Shown here piece by piece: positions 1-8,664 of a DNA stretch of 64,000 nucleotides. The translations under genes and the position numbers were made by a program. Numbering within the stretch: position 1 is the stretch's first letter; each line of letters begins with the position of its first letter. This stretch comes from Phycisphaerales bacterium (GTDB lineage: Bacteria; Planctomycetota; Phycisphaerae; Phycisphaerales; SM1A02): positions 7,445 to 71,444 of the forward strand of contig JAQWTL010000002.1 of assembly GCA_029242715.1 (NCBI GenBank), given 5' to 3'. A model generated the notes under the pieces. The model did not search any database, had not been told where the DNA came from, and saw only the letters and a program-made list of their open reading frames with translations.

Positions 1-561
1 AAGTTGATGCTCATCGATCGAAACTGGAACTGACACATAGAGCACCAATCGCTTCTTTTCATCGAATGCCGCGTTCACTACACGCAGTTTCGTTTTCTGA
101 ATGTCTTCAACAAACTCATCTGACTTGTCACGCAAGTGCTGCTTGAGCTCCGGCGTGTCACAAGTGATTCGAATCCGAAACGGCTGTGACTTGTCAATGA
201 ACCAGATGAGCAGCCAACCGATGATGGTTACAAAGACAGCCAATGCGAGTTCTGACATCCCGCAAGCCAGTCCGATGATCACGACAAGAATGCCCTTGAA
301 GTTCAATTCTTCATCTGGCAAACGTGTCCTGAACCTGATCAATCCCCCGATGCCGAAGATCACGAGTGCCATGGCTGGCTCGGCCATCACGATTTCCGCA
401 ACGGTCGCACCAATCAGCCCAAGCAGCAACAACACACGTTCACGACCAAGCAGTCGTTCAGCAGAGGATGCCGACAGGCTTCTTGGATGCCAGGCTATGA
501 CAGCGGAGAGCACGATCGCGAAGACATAGCCCAGGATCAAAGCCGCAAGGAACCAGGGCAT
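1..561 (-). CDS. DUF4956-like integral membrane protein (partial; 3' end lies beyond window start)
   Basis: Absent from the ORF track because it has no in-window stop. My hand translation of the reverse strand from ATG (complement of 559-561) stays open to nt 1: MPWFLAALILGYVFAIVLSAVIAWHPR...IFGIGGLIRFRTRLPDEELNFKGILVVIIGLACGMSELALAVFVTIIGWLLIWFIDK... It has hydrophobic helices plus the G-L-I-R-F-R-T motif I associate with DUF4956. The listed + ORF 101..529 is a low-complexity shadow of it. Confidence 0.6.
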   Translation of the reverse strand, partial: MPWFLAALILGYVFAIVLSAVIAWHPRSLSASSAERLLGRERVLLLLGLIGATVAEIVMAEPAMALVIFGIGGLIRFRTRLPDEELNFKGILVVIIGLACGMSELALAVFVTIIGWLLIWFIDKSQPFRIRITCDTPELKQHLRDKSDEFVEDIQKTKLRVVNAAFDEKKRLVLYVSVPVSIDEHQL

Positions 562-698
562 GGTGAACTCACCGAGCGGCAACAGCAGTCGATCAGGGCC
601 CTCCTTGGACAGATCACTGCCTCCCCCGAATGAGAGAAGATCTGAAACAGAATCATGTGCCAGCAGGATCATGATGGGTCAGCATACAATCACCCACC

Positions 699-1787
699 AT
701 GTTCCTGCGAATCCTGCCACTAATCTTCATGGTCATCAGCGCCGGATGTGATGACGGTTGGCTCGAAAAGATTCGAGGCCAACCAGCCCCGAATCACAAC
801 AGCACTATTGAGTGGTACATGACACTGCACGCAGGGCCTGCGTATCCCCAGGGGAATACCATCGTCGGCCTGGGAGGCGATGCCAGTGCCATCAACACGA
901 TTCCAATCAAGAGCACCATTCCCAACGGCCTCTTGATGGGCAAGCCAAGGGACATGCTCCTGATGCCAGATGGCCGCATGCTGGTGGCCATTGGTCGAAT
1001 ACATGAATCAGCAATCTTCATGCTGGGCCTGCCCAACTGGCAAGGGCAACGCGCCTTTCTGGATCTCTTTGCGCGACACGGAGATGAAGACCCTCTGCTC
1101 AAACATCCATACGACATGGCCTCAGGTCCTGATGGTTCAATCTACGTCACATGCCAGGACAGCATGGTTGTCCTTCGCTACTCGGGGCTGAATCATGACA
1201 GACCTGGAACACCACTTGGCCTCTATCCAGAGATCGGCCCGGCCTGCTTCATCCCGCCTCGATCATCCCACCCACACGGTCTGAAAGATCCCAGGGGTCT
1301 TGCAATAGGACCAGATGGACTGCTGCATATCGTCGACCGAAGCAAACCATCGGTAACCGCGTGGGACATGACAGACGGATCCTTTGTCCGGACAGTTGCT
1401 TCTTCAAAGGATGGCCTCAAGAAACCAATTCAAATCATCTTCAGCGATGATGGACGCATGTTCATCGGAGACCGCGGAGCAAACACCGTCTGGGTTTCCA
1501 AACATTCAGACAAGAAGCTCAAGCACTTCATTCACAAGAAAGAAGACCGGCCCCAATTGCCCTCGGCCCTGGGAATCGATGAACACTGGCTCTACGTTGG
1601 GGATCGTCAAACAAAGAGCATCCAACGTTACAAACTGGATGATGGCACTCCAGGCAGCCCGGTATGGCTGCCCGATCTTCCTGATCCACCTGAATTCCTC
1701 ATGAAGAATCAGACAGGCACCTCTGCAGGCAAGCCAGCAGAAGAGTCCCTTGAATTCCTGCAGGAACGGACTCAGATCAAGCCATGA
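699..1787 (+). CDS. NHL-repeat beta-propeller lipoprotein
   Basis: N-terminal signal with lipobox (MVISAGC). Repeated NHL-like blades: PYDMASGPDGSIYVTCQD, PRGLAIGPDGLLHIVD, PIQIIFSDDGRMFIGD, PSALGIDEHWLYVGD. Confidence 0.7.
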   Translation: MFLRILPLIFMVISAGCDDGWLEKIRGQPAPNHNSTIEWYMTLHAGPAYPQGNTIVGLGGDASAINTIPIKSTIPNGLLMGKPRDMLLMPDGRMLVAIGRIHESAIFMLGLPNWQGQRAFLDLFARHGDEDPLLKHPYDMASGPDGSIYVTCQDSMVVLRYSGLNHDRPGTPLGLYPEIGPACFIPPRSSHPHGLKDPRGLAIGPDGLLHIVDRSKPSVTAWDMTDGSFVRTVASSKDGLKKPIQIIFSDDGRMFIGDRGANTVWVSKHSDKKLKHFIHKKEDRPQLPSALGIDEHWLYVGDRQTKSIQRYKLDDGTPGSPVWLPDLPDPPEFLMKNQTGTSAGKPAEESLEFLQERTQIKP

Positions 1788-1823
1788 ATGCAGCCTTCAT
1801 GGCCTGGTCGCACATGTACCTGG

Positions 1824-2465
1824 TCAGGAATCCCACGAATTGATCGTGGCACGCTTCTTCGAACCGTTCATGAAGCAAAGCACGATGATCGGCCAGATAA
1901 GGCTCATGATCCCCGCGCATACCCCCCCAAAGATGCTGCTGAAGGTTCGGATTGTATTTTCTCGCTCTGCGTCTGAAACCCTGGAAGAACTTTCTTCAGG
2001 CTCCTGATTGGCATCAACTTCCTGACCATTCATTGACTGATCAGAACTCTGCTGATCCACTTCCTGAATCGCAGCTGTTTCCAGTTTCTTGTCGATAGTC
2101 AGTTGCGCCTGGATCATCAGGATTGGAGCAATGATTCCCATGATGACCCCAAGCACGCCGTACAGATTGAGAATCTTGCGGGAAGATGCCCTGTGACGAA
2201 CCAGAAGAACCGATCCCCAGAGCATCAGCAGCGAAAGGAAGAGTCCAATCAACTGAAGCGTGACGTTCAAGGTCGTTCGAGCCATCTTGTCGTCGAATTC
2301 AACGCGCTGTTTCTCTGGCAGGATGTTGCTGATGAGTTCAGGGCTGATGACGAAGTATGCAATCGATGTGATGATTCCAAGCACACCAAAAATGATTCCG
2401 AGGATACCGATGACCTTTGGCCAGACCGGTTGCTTGTTGCCAGGAAGCGGTGGTGCCTGATTCAT
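1824..2465 (-). CDS. hypothetical multi-pass membrane protein
   Basis: 213-aa ORF with several hydrophobic helices (VIGILGIIFGVLGIITSIAYFVI, LQLIGLFLSLLMLWGSVLLV, LYGVLGVIMGIIAPILMI, IFGGVCAGIMSLIWPIIVLCF). Convergent with the NHL gene. No family recognised. Confidence 0.55.
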   Translation of the reverse strand: MNQAPPLPGNKQPVWPKVIGILGIIFGVLGIITSIAYFVISPELISNILPEKQRVEFDDKMARTTLNVTLQLIGLFLSLLMLWGSVLLVRHRASSRKILNLYGVLGVIMGIIAPILMIQAQLTIDKKLETAAIQEVDQQSSDQSMNGQEVDANQEPEESSSRVSDAERENTIRTFSSIFGGVCAGIMSLIWPIIVLCFMNGSKKRATINSWDS

Positions 2466-2991
2466 TGAATGAAGTCCTTATTCAGCAGCCATCAATACAA
2501 CTGAGCACCAAGATACCTGATGTGATCAGAACAAGATTGTCAGGCAGTTCAACCCGGCCTTTCAACTGCCTGATGGCGCAAGATAAGCCGTCAATCGTTG
2601 CACAGATTGAATCCACCTCCAGTGATCGAGCGGCAGAAGAAGGCCCGCAAAGTCATGGATCTGAACATCAGGTACAAAATTATGACGTCTGATTTCACCT
2701 GGATATCACTGGAATCCCCAGGAGAGACGGAACCCGCCACAAGCTTCAGCACGTCCATACTGGCTGGATAAATACTGAAATATCCGCAATATGTGAACCG
2801 TAGAACGCATTCTATGTGCCAGCCCTCAGAAAACCTCTTCCAACAGTCCTGAAGCAGGCATCAGGGGCAAGAAGCATTCCACTTGTGGGCTATAATCCGC
2901 GACCGTATTTCGTGGAAGAAATCGGCCCTGGCGCACCGGGCACCAAGCCTCTCAGCCAGGATTTCACCGGAAGACCATCGGGAGTTACAAG

Positions 2992-5169
2992 ATGATCAAG
3001 TCCCTCCTTTGCCCCGCTGCGATTACCGCAGCAGCATTGCTCACCCCTGCCCAGGCCATTGCGGAGAAACCCCGCCTGGCCATACAGGACATCACCGCGA
3101 CACCAGCCGTGATGAACAACGCCGTCTCTCAAGGCCAGGCCAACGTCCTGCAGCAGATCCTTCAAGGCGCAGACACCCAGTTGATGGACACGATCAACAG
3201 GACCAAGCGGTTTGACATCGTGGCGCGTTCGAAGATCAAAGCGATCCTGAAGGAACAGGAGATCGCTGATTCTGGTGATGTGAACCCAGCAGACCCTCAG
3301 ACTGCCAGGGCCTTCATGATGGCTGGCGCCAAGTACGTTGCCACCGTGACTGTCGACAATTACCAGGACATCGTCGAGAAGATGGTGATTCAGGGCGGCT
3401 TCGGTGCCGAAGAGCACGAACGACGCACGATTCAATTGCAGGCCGTTCTGCAGATCTTCGATACGACCACAGCCGTGATGCTCGAATCAGCTTCCATCAC
3501 GCTCAGTGAGAGTGACACCAACTCCATCATGGGCGGCGCACGCGAAACAGGCAACGCCACCAATGCACTCATCGGCGGCATGACCAAGACATTCGCTGCG
3601 AAAGCAGCCAACGTGATCATGAACCGCCTGGCTCCTGCCAAGATCATTGGCTACACGATGGGGAACATCACCTTCAATCGTGCAGAAGGCACGGGCGTGG
3701 AAGTCGGCCAGTACTGGCAGGTCTTCCATCCAGGTGAGGAGATGATCGACCCGGATACGGGCGAATCGCTGGGCTCAGAGGAGATCCCACTGGGCTGGGC
3801 CCGCGTCACCTCTGTGCATCCAAAGTTCTCCAAGGCCAGATGCGTCGAAGATTTCGGCATGGACCGTGGCAACATCATGCGGGAATCGCCTAATGGCCTG
3901 CCTTCCAATGTTGATCCCAACGGCAGTTGCAGCGGCTCAGCATCAAGCCCACCGGCACGGCCATCCGCCCCGGCAAGACCATCCGCCCCGGCACCACCCG
4001 TCTCACGTCCGAGTTCTCCACCACCGGCAGCTACGCCGAGTGCACCACCCGCAAGTGCGCCGAGCTATCCCGGTACCGCGAGACCTTCAGCTCCAACTGC
4101 AGCAGCCAATACAACCCCTGTCAAACTTGCCATGTTCGTCCGGGACGTAGCTCCCAATGTCGATGATCAGAAAGTTTCAGTCCTTGAGAGTTACATCACT
4201 TCCTGGCTGACAAACAACCAGATCCAGGTCATCAACAGAGCTGAACTGCTCAATGCTGTCAGTGGCCTTGCCAATGATGGTGCCAACGCCGGAACCGGTG
4301 ATCCGATGAACACCTATGCCGAGCGCATGCTCTCCGATCAGAGCTCGGCCGTGGCCCTGGCACGCAACATGGGCGCCGATGGCCTGATTGTCGCAACCAT
4401 CCAGTCACTGCAGGAAGATCGTCGGCAGATCCGCGATCCACAACGTGGCAACTACGACAACATCTTCTACACCCTGGACGTTGGCTGGAATGTTCTGGAT
4501 GGAGGTACCGGTGCAAGCGTCGCCTCGGGTATCGCCCAGGACCGTCAGGGGATTCGACAGACCGAAACACAGACCCGTACCTTCAATGTTGATCCACTTC
4601 TGCGTACCTGTGCTCAGCAGGTTGGAGAAGCCGTACAACGAGCAATGGCTCGTCCCGAGCGTCGCCCCATGACTGCTCAGGCAGCCGATGTCGGCGTCAT
4701 GATCGGGATCACCATGGAAGACATGAGTGTCCCTGAGATCACCAAGAACGCCGATGGCGAGTACATCATCGGTTCCAGCCAGTACCCCATGCAGCCAGTG
4801 ACCTGCAACGTCATGGTCGATGGGATGCTGGTGGGCAGTGCCCCGGGAACCCTGGATATCGCCCCAGGCCCCCATCGCATCAAGATCGAACATCCCAAGA
4901 TCGTGACCACCGAGAAGTTCATGGTCGTCAAGCCGGGCATGACGCTCACGATTCCAGTCGTCATGACGCGAGAAGCTCGACAGGAGTGGATGGAGAAGAC
5001 AGCCTTCTTCGAGAGCCTCAAGGATGGCGCTGTGCTTCGCGAAGCAGAACTTGAGAAGGCCAAGGGACTGGCCACCTTCATGCGTAACAGCAAGATCAAC
5101 TTCGATACATCGAATGTCACCACTCTGGGACTGGGCACACCAACCGTCTGGCACCAGTGGATTGACTGA
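2992..5169 (+). CDS. secreted protein with two CsgG/LpoB-like domains, a Pro/Ala/Ser-rich linker and a C-terminal PEGA-like domain
   Basis: Signal peptide (LLTPAQAIA). CsgG/LpoB-like block: LAIQDITA...LMDTINRTKRFDIVARSKIKAILKEQEIADSGDV...AGAKYVATVTVDNY. A second similar block: LAMFVRDVAP...QIQVINRAELLNAV...MGADGLIVATIQSL. The linker is SSPPARPSAPARPSAPAPPVSRPSSPPPAATPSAPPASAPS. PEGA-like segment: VMVDGMLVGSAPGTLDIAPGPHRIKIEHPKIVTTEKFMVVKPG. GGGAG RBS 7 nt upstream of the ATG. Confidence 0.65.
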   Translation: MIKSLLCPAAITAAALLTPAQAIAEKPRLAIQDITATPAVMNNAVSQGQANVLQQILQGADTQLMDTINRTKRFDIVARSKIKAILKEQEIADSGDVNPADPQTARAFMMAGAKYVATVTVDNYQDIVEKMVIQGGFGAEEHERRTIQLQAVLQIFDTTTAVMLESASITLSESDTNSIMGGARETGNATNALIGGMTKTFAAKAANVIMNRLAPAKIIGYTMGNITFNRAEGTGVEVGQYWQVFHPGEEMIDPDTGESLGSEEIPLGWARVTSVHPKFSKARCVEDFGMDRGNIMRESPNGLPSNVDPNGSCSGSASSPPARPSAPARPSAPAPPVSRPSSPPPAATPSAPPASAPSYPGTARPSAPTAAANTTPVKLAMFVRDVAPNVDDQKVSVLESYITSWLTNNQIQVINRAELLNAVSGLANDGANAGTGDPMNTYAERMLSDQSSAVALARNMGADGLIVATIQSLQEDRRQIRDPQRGNYDNIFYTLDVGWNVLDGGTGASVASGIAQDRQGIRQTETQTRTFNVDPLLRTCAQQVGEAVQRAMARPERRPMTAQAADVGVMIGITMEDMSVPEITKNADGEYIIGSSQYPMQPVTCNVMVDGMLVGSAPGTLDIAPGPHRIKIEHPKIVTTEKFMVVKPGMTLTIPVVMTREARQEWMEKTAFFESLKDGAVLREAELEKAKGLATFMRNSKINFDTSNVTTLGLGTPTVWHQWID

Positions 5170-5218
5170 ATATCACAACAATGTCTCTGGACATGGAACG
5201 AATCGGGAGAAAAACAAG

Positions 5219-6676
5219 ATGACAAGCAAGACCAGGAAAATCGCCATCCTTCTGCCAGCCTGTGCAGCATTGCTTTGCGCAACCGCCTGCCAGTCGGGCT
5301 ATCGCAATCATGCCAAGACCGTTGATACGTCCTATCGATCCGGCAACTACCAGCAGGCGGCGTCTGTTGCGAAGACAGGTGCCGACACACGAGCCTCTGA
5401 TGAATCTGAACGCGTGATCTATCACCTCGAGGCTGCTCGCACCGCCCAGGTTGCCGGCGACTACGAGATCAGCACGATCCATTACGAAGCCGCCTATGAG
5501 GATGTCCGTCCCTTCCTGGATACCGATTCTGAAGACACGATCCGTGAAGCACTCGCCACAACGGCTGTCAACCAGGCGATGCGTACCTACAAGAGCACCC
5601 CGGGTGAGCGAATCATGATGAATTCGATGAACTCACTGAACTACCTGGCCATGGGCGACCGTGATGCCGCCAGGCTCGAGTTGAACCGCGCCGGAGACTG
5701 GCAGCAGGATGCCGTCCTGCGTGAAGAAGCCAGAATCATGGCCGAGCAACAGGCCATCGAAGCCGATGCCAAGAAGAACAACGTAGAAGGTGCTGCCAAG
5801 GGCGACGTTCCTTCGAATATGAAGTCCTACTACTCCAATCTGGACAACATGAGCAGCTACGCGGATTACGAGAATCCTTTCACCAGTCACCTTCGTGGCA
5901 TCTACCTGATGACCAATGGGACCGATGATGGCGATCGATCCAATGCACGACTCGATCTTCGTAAAGCCGTACAGACGAATCCCAACTGTGAGCCCGCGTT
6001 GAGAGAAGACCTCATGGTCCTCGAGAATTCACAACGCCATGCCCTTCCACCCACGACCTGGGTCTACTTCATGACCGGTCGAGCAGCGTATTACGAGGAA
6101 CTTGAAATCACCGTACCCATCCCGGTCAGTGAAGTTCCGACTGCTACAGCTGCATTCCCGGTTCTCAAGACCAATGAAGACCACCTTCGCTATCTTGAAA
6201 TCGACACGGATGAAGCTGGTACGGTTCGCTCCGTTGAACTGGCCGACATCGACGGCGTTGTCGCAACAGATTTCCGCAATCGCCTGCCCGTCATCATCGG
6301 ACAGGAACTTGCCAGTACAGCTGCCAAAGCCGCTGCCACCTACGGACTCAGTGAAGGCCTTGGCGACTGGGGCACCGCACTGGGAACCATGTATCAGACT
6401 GGCACAGCCGAGGCTGACCTGAGGGCCTGGCGGACCATGCCCAAGGAAGTCCAGGTCTGTCGCGTACCCACGCCAGCCAACGGCAAGATCAGACTCATGG
6501 GTGCTGGTGGCCGCTCTTTGGGAACCGTCAATGTGATTCCCAATCAGAGCAATATCGTCGTCGTCACCATGCCATCGGCCATGGCCATGAGCCCCTCGAT
6601 CATGACCGCTCCTCTGACAGGCCCCATGCCCCAGAAAACCCCCAGGATGGCCAGTGAGAACGCGCAAGGCGTCTGA
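5219..6676 (+). CDS. lipoprotein with TPR-like N-terminal region (possibly COG3014-type)
   Basis: Internal ATG of track ORF 5024..6676, chosen because it opens a lipoprotein signal (MTSKTRKIAILLPACAALLCATAC) just after the upstream stop. Helical-repeat-like N-terminus (GNYQQAASVA..., LEAARTAQVAGDYEISTIHYEAAYEDV, LNYLAMGDRDAARLELNRA). The COG3014 assignment is from memory and tentative. Confidence 0.5.
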   Translation: MTSKTRKIAILLPACAALLCATACQSGYRNHAKTVDTSYRSGNYQQAASVAKTGADTRASDESERVIYHLEAARTAQVAGDYEISTIHYEAAYEDVRPFLDTDSEDTIREALATTAVNQAMRTYKSTPGERIMMNSMNSLNYLAMGDRDAARLELNRAGDWQQDAVLREEARIMAEQQAIEADAKKNNVEGAAKGDVPSNMKSYYSNLDNMSSYADYENPFTSHLRGIYLMTNGTDDGDRSNARLDLRKAVQTNPNCEPALREDLMVLENSQRHALPPTTWVYFMTGRAAYYEELEITVPIPVSEVPTATAAFPVLKTNEDHLRYLEIDTDEAGTVRSVELADIDGVVATDFRNRLPVIIGQELASTAAKAAATYGLSEGLGDWGTALGTMYQTGTAEADLRAWRTMPKEVQVCRVPTPANGKIRLMGAGGRSLGTVNVIPNQSNIVVVTMPSAMAMSPSIMTAPLTGPMPQKTPRMASENAQGV

Positions 6677-6748
6677 TCTGGAGCGTCTCCAGTTCGTACC
6701 AGGAGCCCTTCCATTGGGCCCCAGGATCATCCAATCAAGGAGTTGTCC

Positions 6749-7723
6749 ATGCCCATACGCCTCATCCTGACCACCCTCCTGCTGGCCGCCACGGTCACCT
6801 GGACCGGCTGTGGCCCCAAGACCCGCACCGGCAGCCAGATGAAACCCATCAACAATGCCCACACTCTGACGGCCACTGAATGGGACCAGTTCGCCAACTG
6901 GATGAAGAACTCCATGATCCAGAGCGGTGTGCTTGGCCGGTATCGCCAGGCCGATGGTGGCCCCACCGTGGTCGCGATTGCTGACTGGGACAACAACACC
7001 CGTCAGAAGGTCTTCGACAAGGACAAGGTCGTGATGGAGAACGCCATACGCAAGACGCTGGTGAACTCCGGACAGGCTGTGATCAATCGTGATATCGGTG
7101 GCACAGGAGCCAAGGCCGAAGGCCTGACACGGGATATCAGCGGACTGCGTGAGTCCAGTGAATACGACCAGTCGACGACAACGCGGCCAGGTCTCGCCCC
7201 AGCCCCCTCCCTGGGTCTGTACATGCAGATCAACAGGGTGGAATTCAGCGAAGGGCGGACCACCCAGTACGACTACGTGATCCAATGTGAACTGATCGAT
7301 CTTCAGGCCAAACATACGGTCTGGGAAGATCAGTTCATGCTCAGCAAACAGTTCGTCCGAGCCATCATGGCAGCCCCACGCAACACCATCTCGACCAGGT
7401 CTGTTCCGGGAGATGATCGAGTTGGACCAGAAAGACTCAATGGTGTCCTCAAGGGCATCTCGCTTTCCTGCAGCGAAGTCCGGTTGTTCCCCACCAGAGG
7501 TGGGCCACTGGAAGGCCAGGTCGATATTGTCAATACGAGTTCAAGCCCGAAACGATTCGCTTACAAGTTCAAATGGCTGGATGAACGCGGCAACGTCATC
7601 CGGACACAAATTTCAACATGGATTCCTGCTAACGTGACCGGTGGTGGCTCCACCACGATCACCTCGGTAGCCCCATCTGAAGAAGCCACCGACTTCACAC
7701 TTGAAGTTCAACGATCAAACTGA
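6749..7723 (+). CDS. lipoprotein: LpoB-like domain fused to YcfL/DUF1425-like domain
   Basis: ATG at 6749 sits 6 nt after AAGGAG. Lipobox TVTWTGC. LpoB-like block: WDQFANWMKNSMIQSGVLGR...VVAIADWDNNTRQKVFDKDKVVMENAIRKTLVNSGQAVI. C-terminal YcfL-like block: LEGQVDIVNTSSSPKRFAYKFKWLDERGNVIRTQISTWIPANVTGGGSTTITSVAPSEEATDFTLEV. Confidence 0.55.
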   Translation: MPIRLILTTLLLAATVTWTGCGPKTRTGSQMKPINNAHTLTATEWDQFANWMKNSMIQSGVLGRYRQADGGPTVVAIADWDNNTRQKVFDKDKVVMENAIRKTLVNSGQAVINRDIGGTGAKAEGLTRDISGLRESSEYDQSTTTRPGLAPAPSLGLYMQINRVEFSEGRTTQYDYVIQCELIDLQAKHTVWEDQFMLSKQFVRAIMAAPRNTISTRSVPGDDRVGPERLNGVLKGISLSCSEVRLFPTRGGPLEGQVDIVNTSSSPKRFAYKFKWLDERGNVIRTQISTWIPANVTGGGSTTITSVAPSEEATDFTLEVQRSN

Positions 7724-7775
7724 CTTTCAAACCAATGTCATGAAGGCCTGTCAAAGGGCCAATCGGAGACACATC

Positions 7776-8375
7776 ATGCACAAATCAATGCTTGCCATAC
7801 CCATGGCTGCCATCATCGCAACAGGCCTTGCCGGCTGTGGAGGCCAGAAGGCCACCTACATTGAAACTGGCGGAACACAGTCCATCGTCAGTGTCGGCGA
7901 AGTCGACATCCAGGACATCCAGAAAGCCTCCTCGGGCATGATCAACTCGATGCTGGCTACTGGTGTGCTCAAGCGAGCTCCCCATCAACCAGCTCGACTT
8001 GTCATCGACAAGGTCGTCAATGACACCAGCAGTCGATTTGATACCGGCGAACTGCTCTACCGGATGCGTGAACAACTCGTGAACTCAGGCCAGGCACAGG
8101 TCGAAGGCGCCTACGGAGGCAACGCTGAGACTCAGGTCGCCCAGAATGAGATGAAACGCGACGCATTCCTCAATGGCAAGTCGGCTGCAGATGTCTTTGA
8201 TCCTGACTTCTCACTCACCGGCAAGATCTCACAGATCAAGCGTTCAGCAGGCAAGGTCCGTCAAACGACCTATACCTTCCGACTGACCCTCTTTGATATC
8301 AGGAATGGCCGCGAAGTCTGGACGAAGACCGTTGACATGACCAAGCAGGGCACGAAGTCATCCGTTGGCTTCTGA
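7776..8375 (+). CDS. LpoB-like (COG3417-type) lipoprotein
   Basis: Internal ATG of track ORF 7701..8375, giving the lipoprotein signal MHKSMLAIPMAAIIATGLAGC. LpoB-like core: IQDIQKASSGMINSMLATGVLKRAPHQPARLVIDKVVNDTSSRFDTGELLYRMREQLVNSGQAQV. Confidence 0.6.
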   Translation: MHKSMLAIPMAAIIATGLAGCGGQKATYIETGGTQSIVSVGEVDIQDIQKASSGMINSMLATGVLKRAPHQPARLVIDKVVNDTSSRFDTGELLYRMREQLVNSGQAQVEGAYGGNAETQVAQNEMKRDAFLNGKSAADVFDPDFSLTGKISQIKRSAGKVRQTTYTFRLTLFDIRNGREVWTKTVDMTKQGTKSSVGF

Positions 8376-8405
8376 TTCTTCCTGACACATTGTTCGATTG
8401 AATCC

Positions 8406-8442
8406 CCAGGGGCCCGGCAGTAGTCGGGCCCCTGGTCTTTTT
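8406..8442 (+). terminator. Rho-independent terminator closing the lipoprotein operon
   Basis: Perfect 11-bp GC-rich stem CCAGGGGCCCG / CGGGCCCCTGG with an 8-nt loop, followed by TCTTTTT. Located 30 nt after the stop at 8375. Confidence 0.7.
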
Positions 8443-8664
8443 ATGCACACATGTCAGCAGTCCCGCATGTTGTCCACAGGGCAAGTGTTGCCCCCCTTTA
8501 ACACATAACGATTTCGATTTTCAACAATCCAACTGCCCACATCCCCTGAAATGCTCTCCTAAAGCTACCCTTCGGTCTTGCTGGATCCAACGGCTACCAG
8601 GCAACCTGTGGGAGATGTCATCCTGAGCCACCTGGTCCCGAAGTGATCCCTGGGAGACAAACAC

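Noticed and set aside
101-529. 142-aa plus-strand ORF at the window start
   Set aside because: Its composition is Ser/Thr/Pro-rich and low-complexity. The opposite strand encodes an uninterrupted membrane protein with a DUF4956-like GLIRFRT motif.
3940-4115. Pro/Ala/Ser-rich region with a short nucleotide repeat (ccatccgccccggca twice), considered as a tandem-repeat contingency locus
   Set aside because: There are only two imperfect copies, they are in frame, and they encode a typical flexible PAPS linker between domains. There is no evidence of a variable-number repeat.
6029-7315. 428-aa ORF on the minus strand spanning two plus-strand lipoprotein genes
   Set aside because: It is antisense to two well-supported genes that have signals, lipoboxes and family motifs. 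Its translation is low-complexity (G/H/D/R-rich) and crosses an intergenic gap. This is a typical shadow ORF. The same reasoning applies to 4405..5154(-), 4677..5390(-), 12734..13429(+), 16318..17265(+), 21738..22478(+), 21776..22549(-), 48365..49204(-), 49535..50179(-) and 50568..51272(+).
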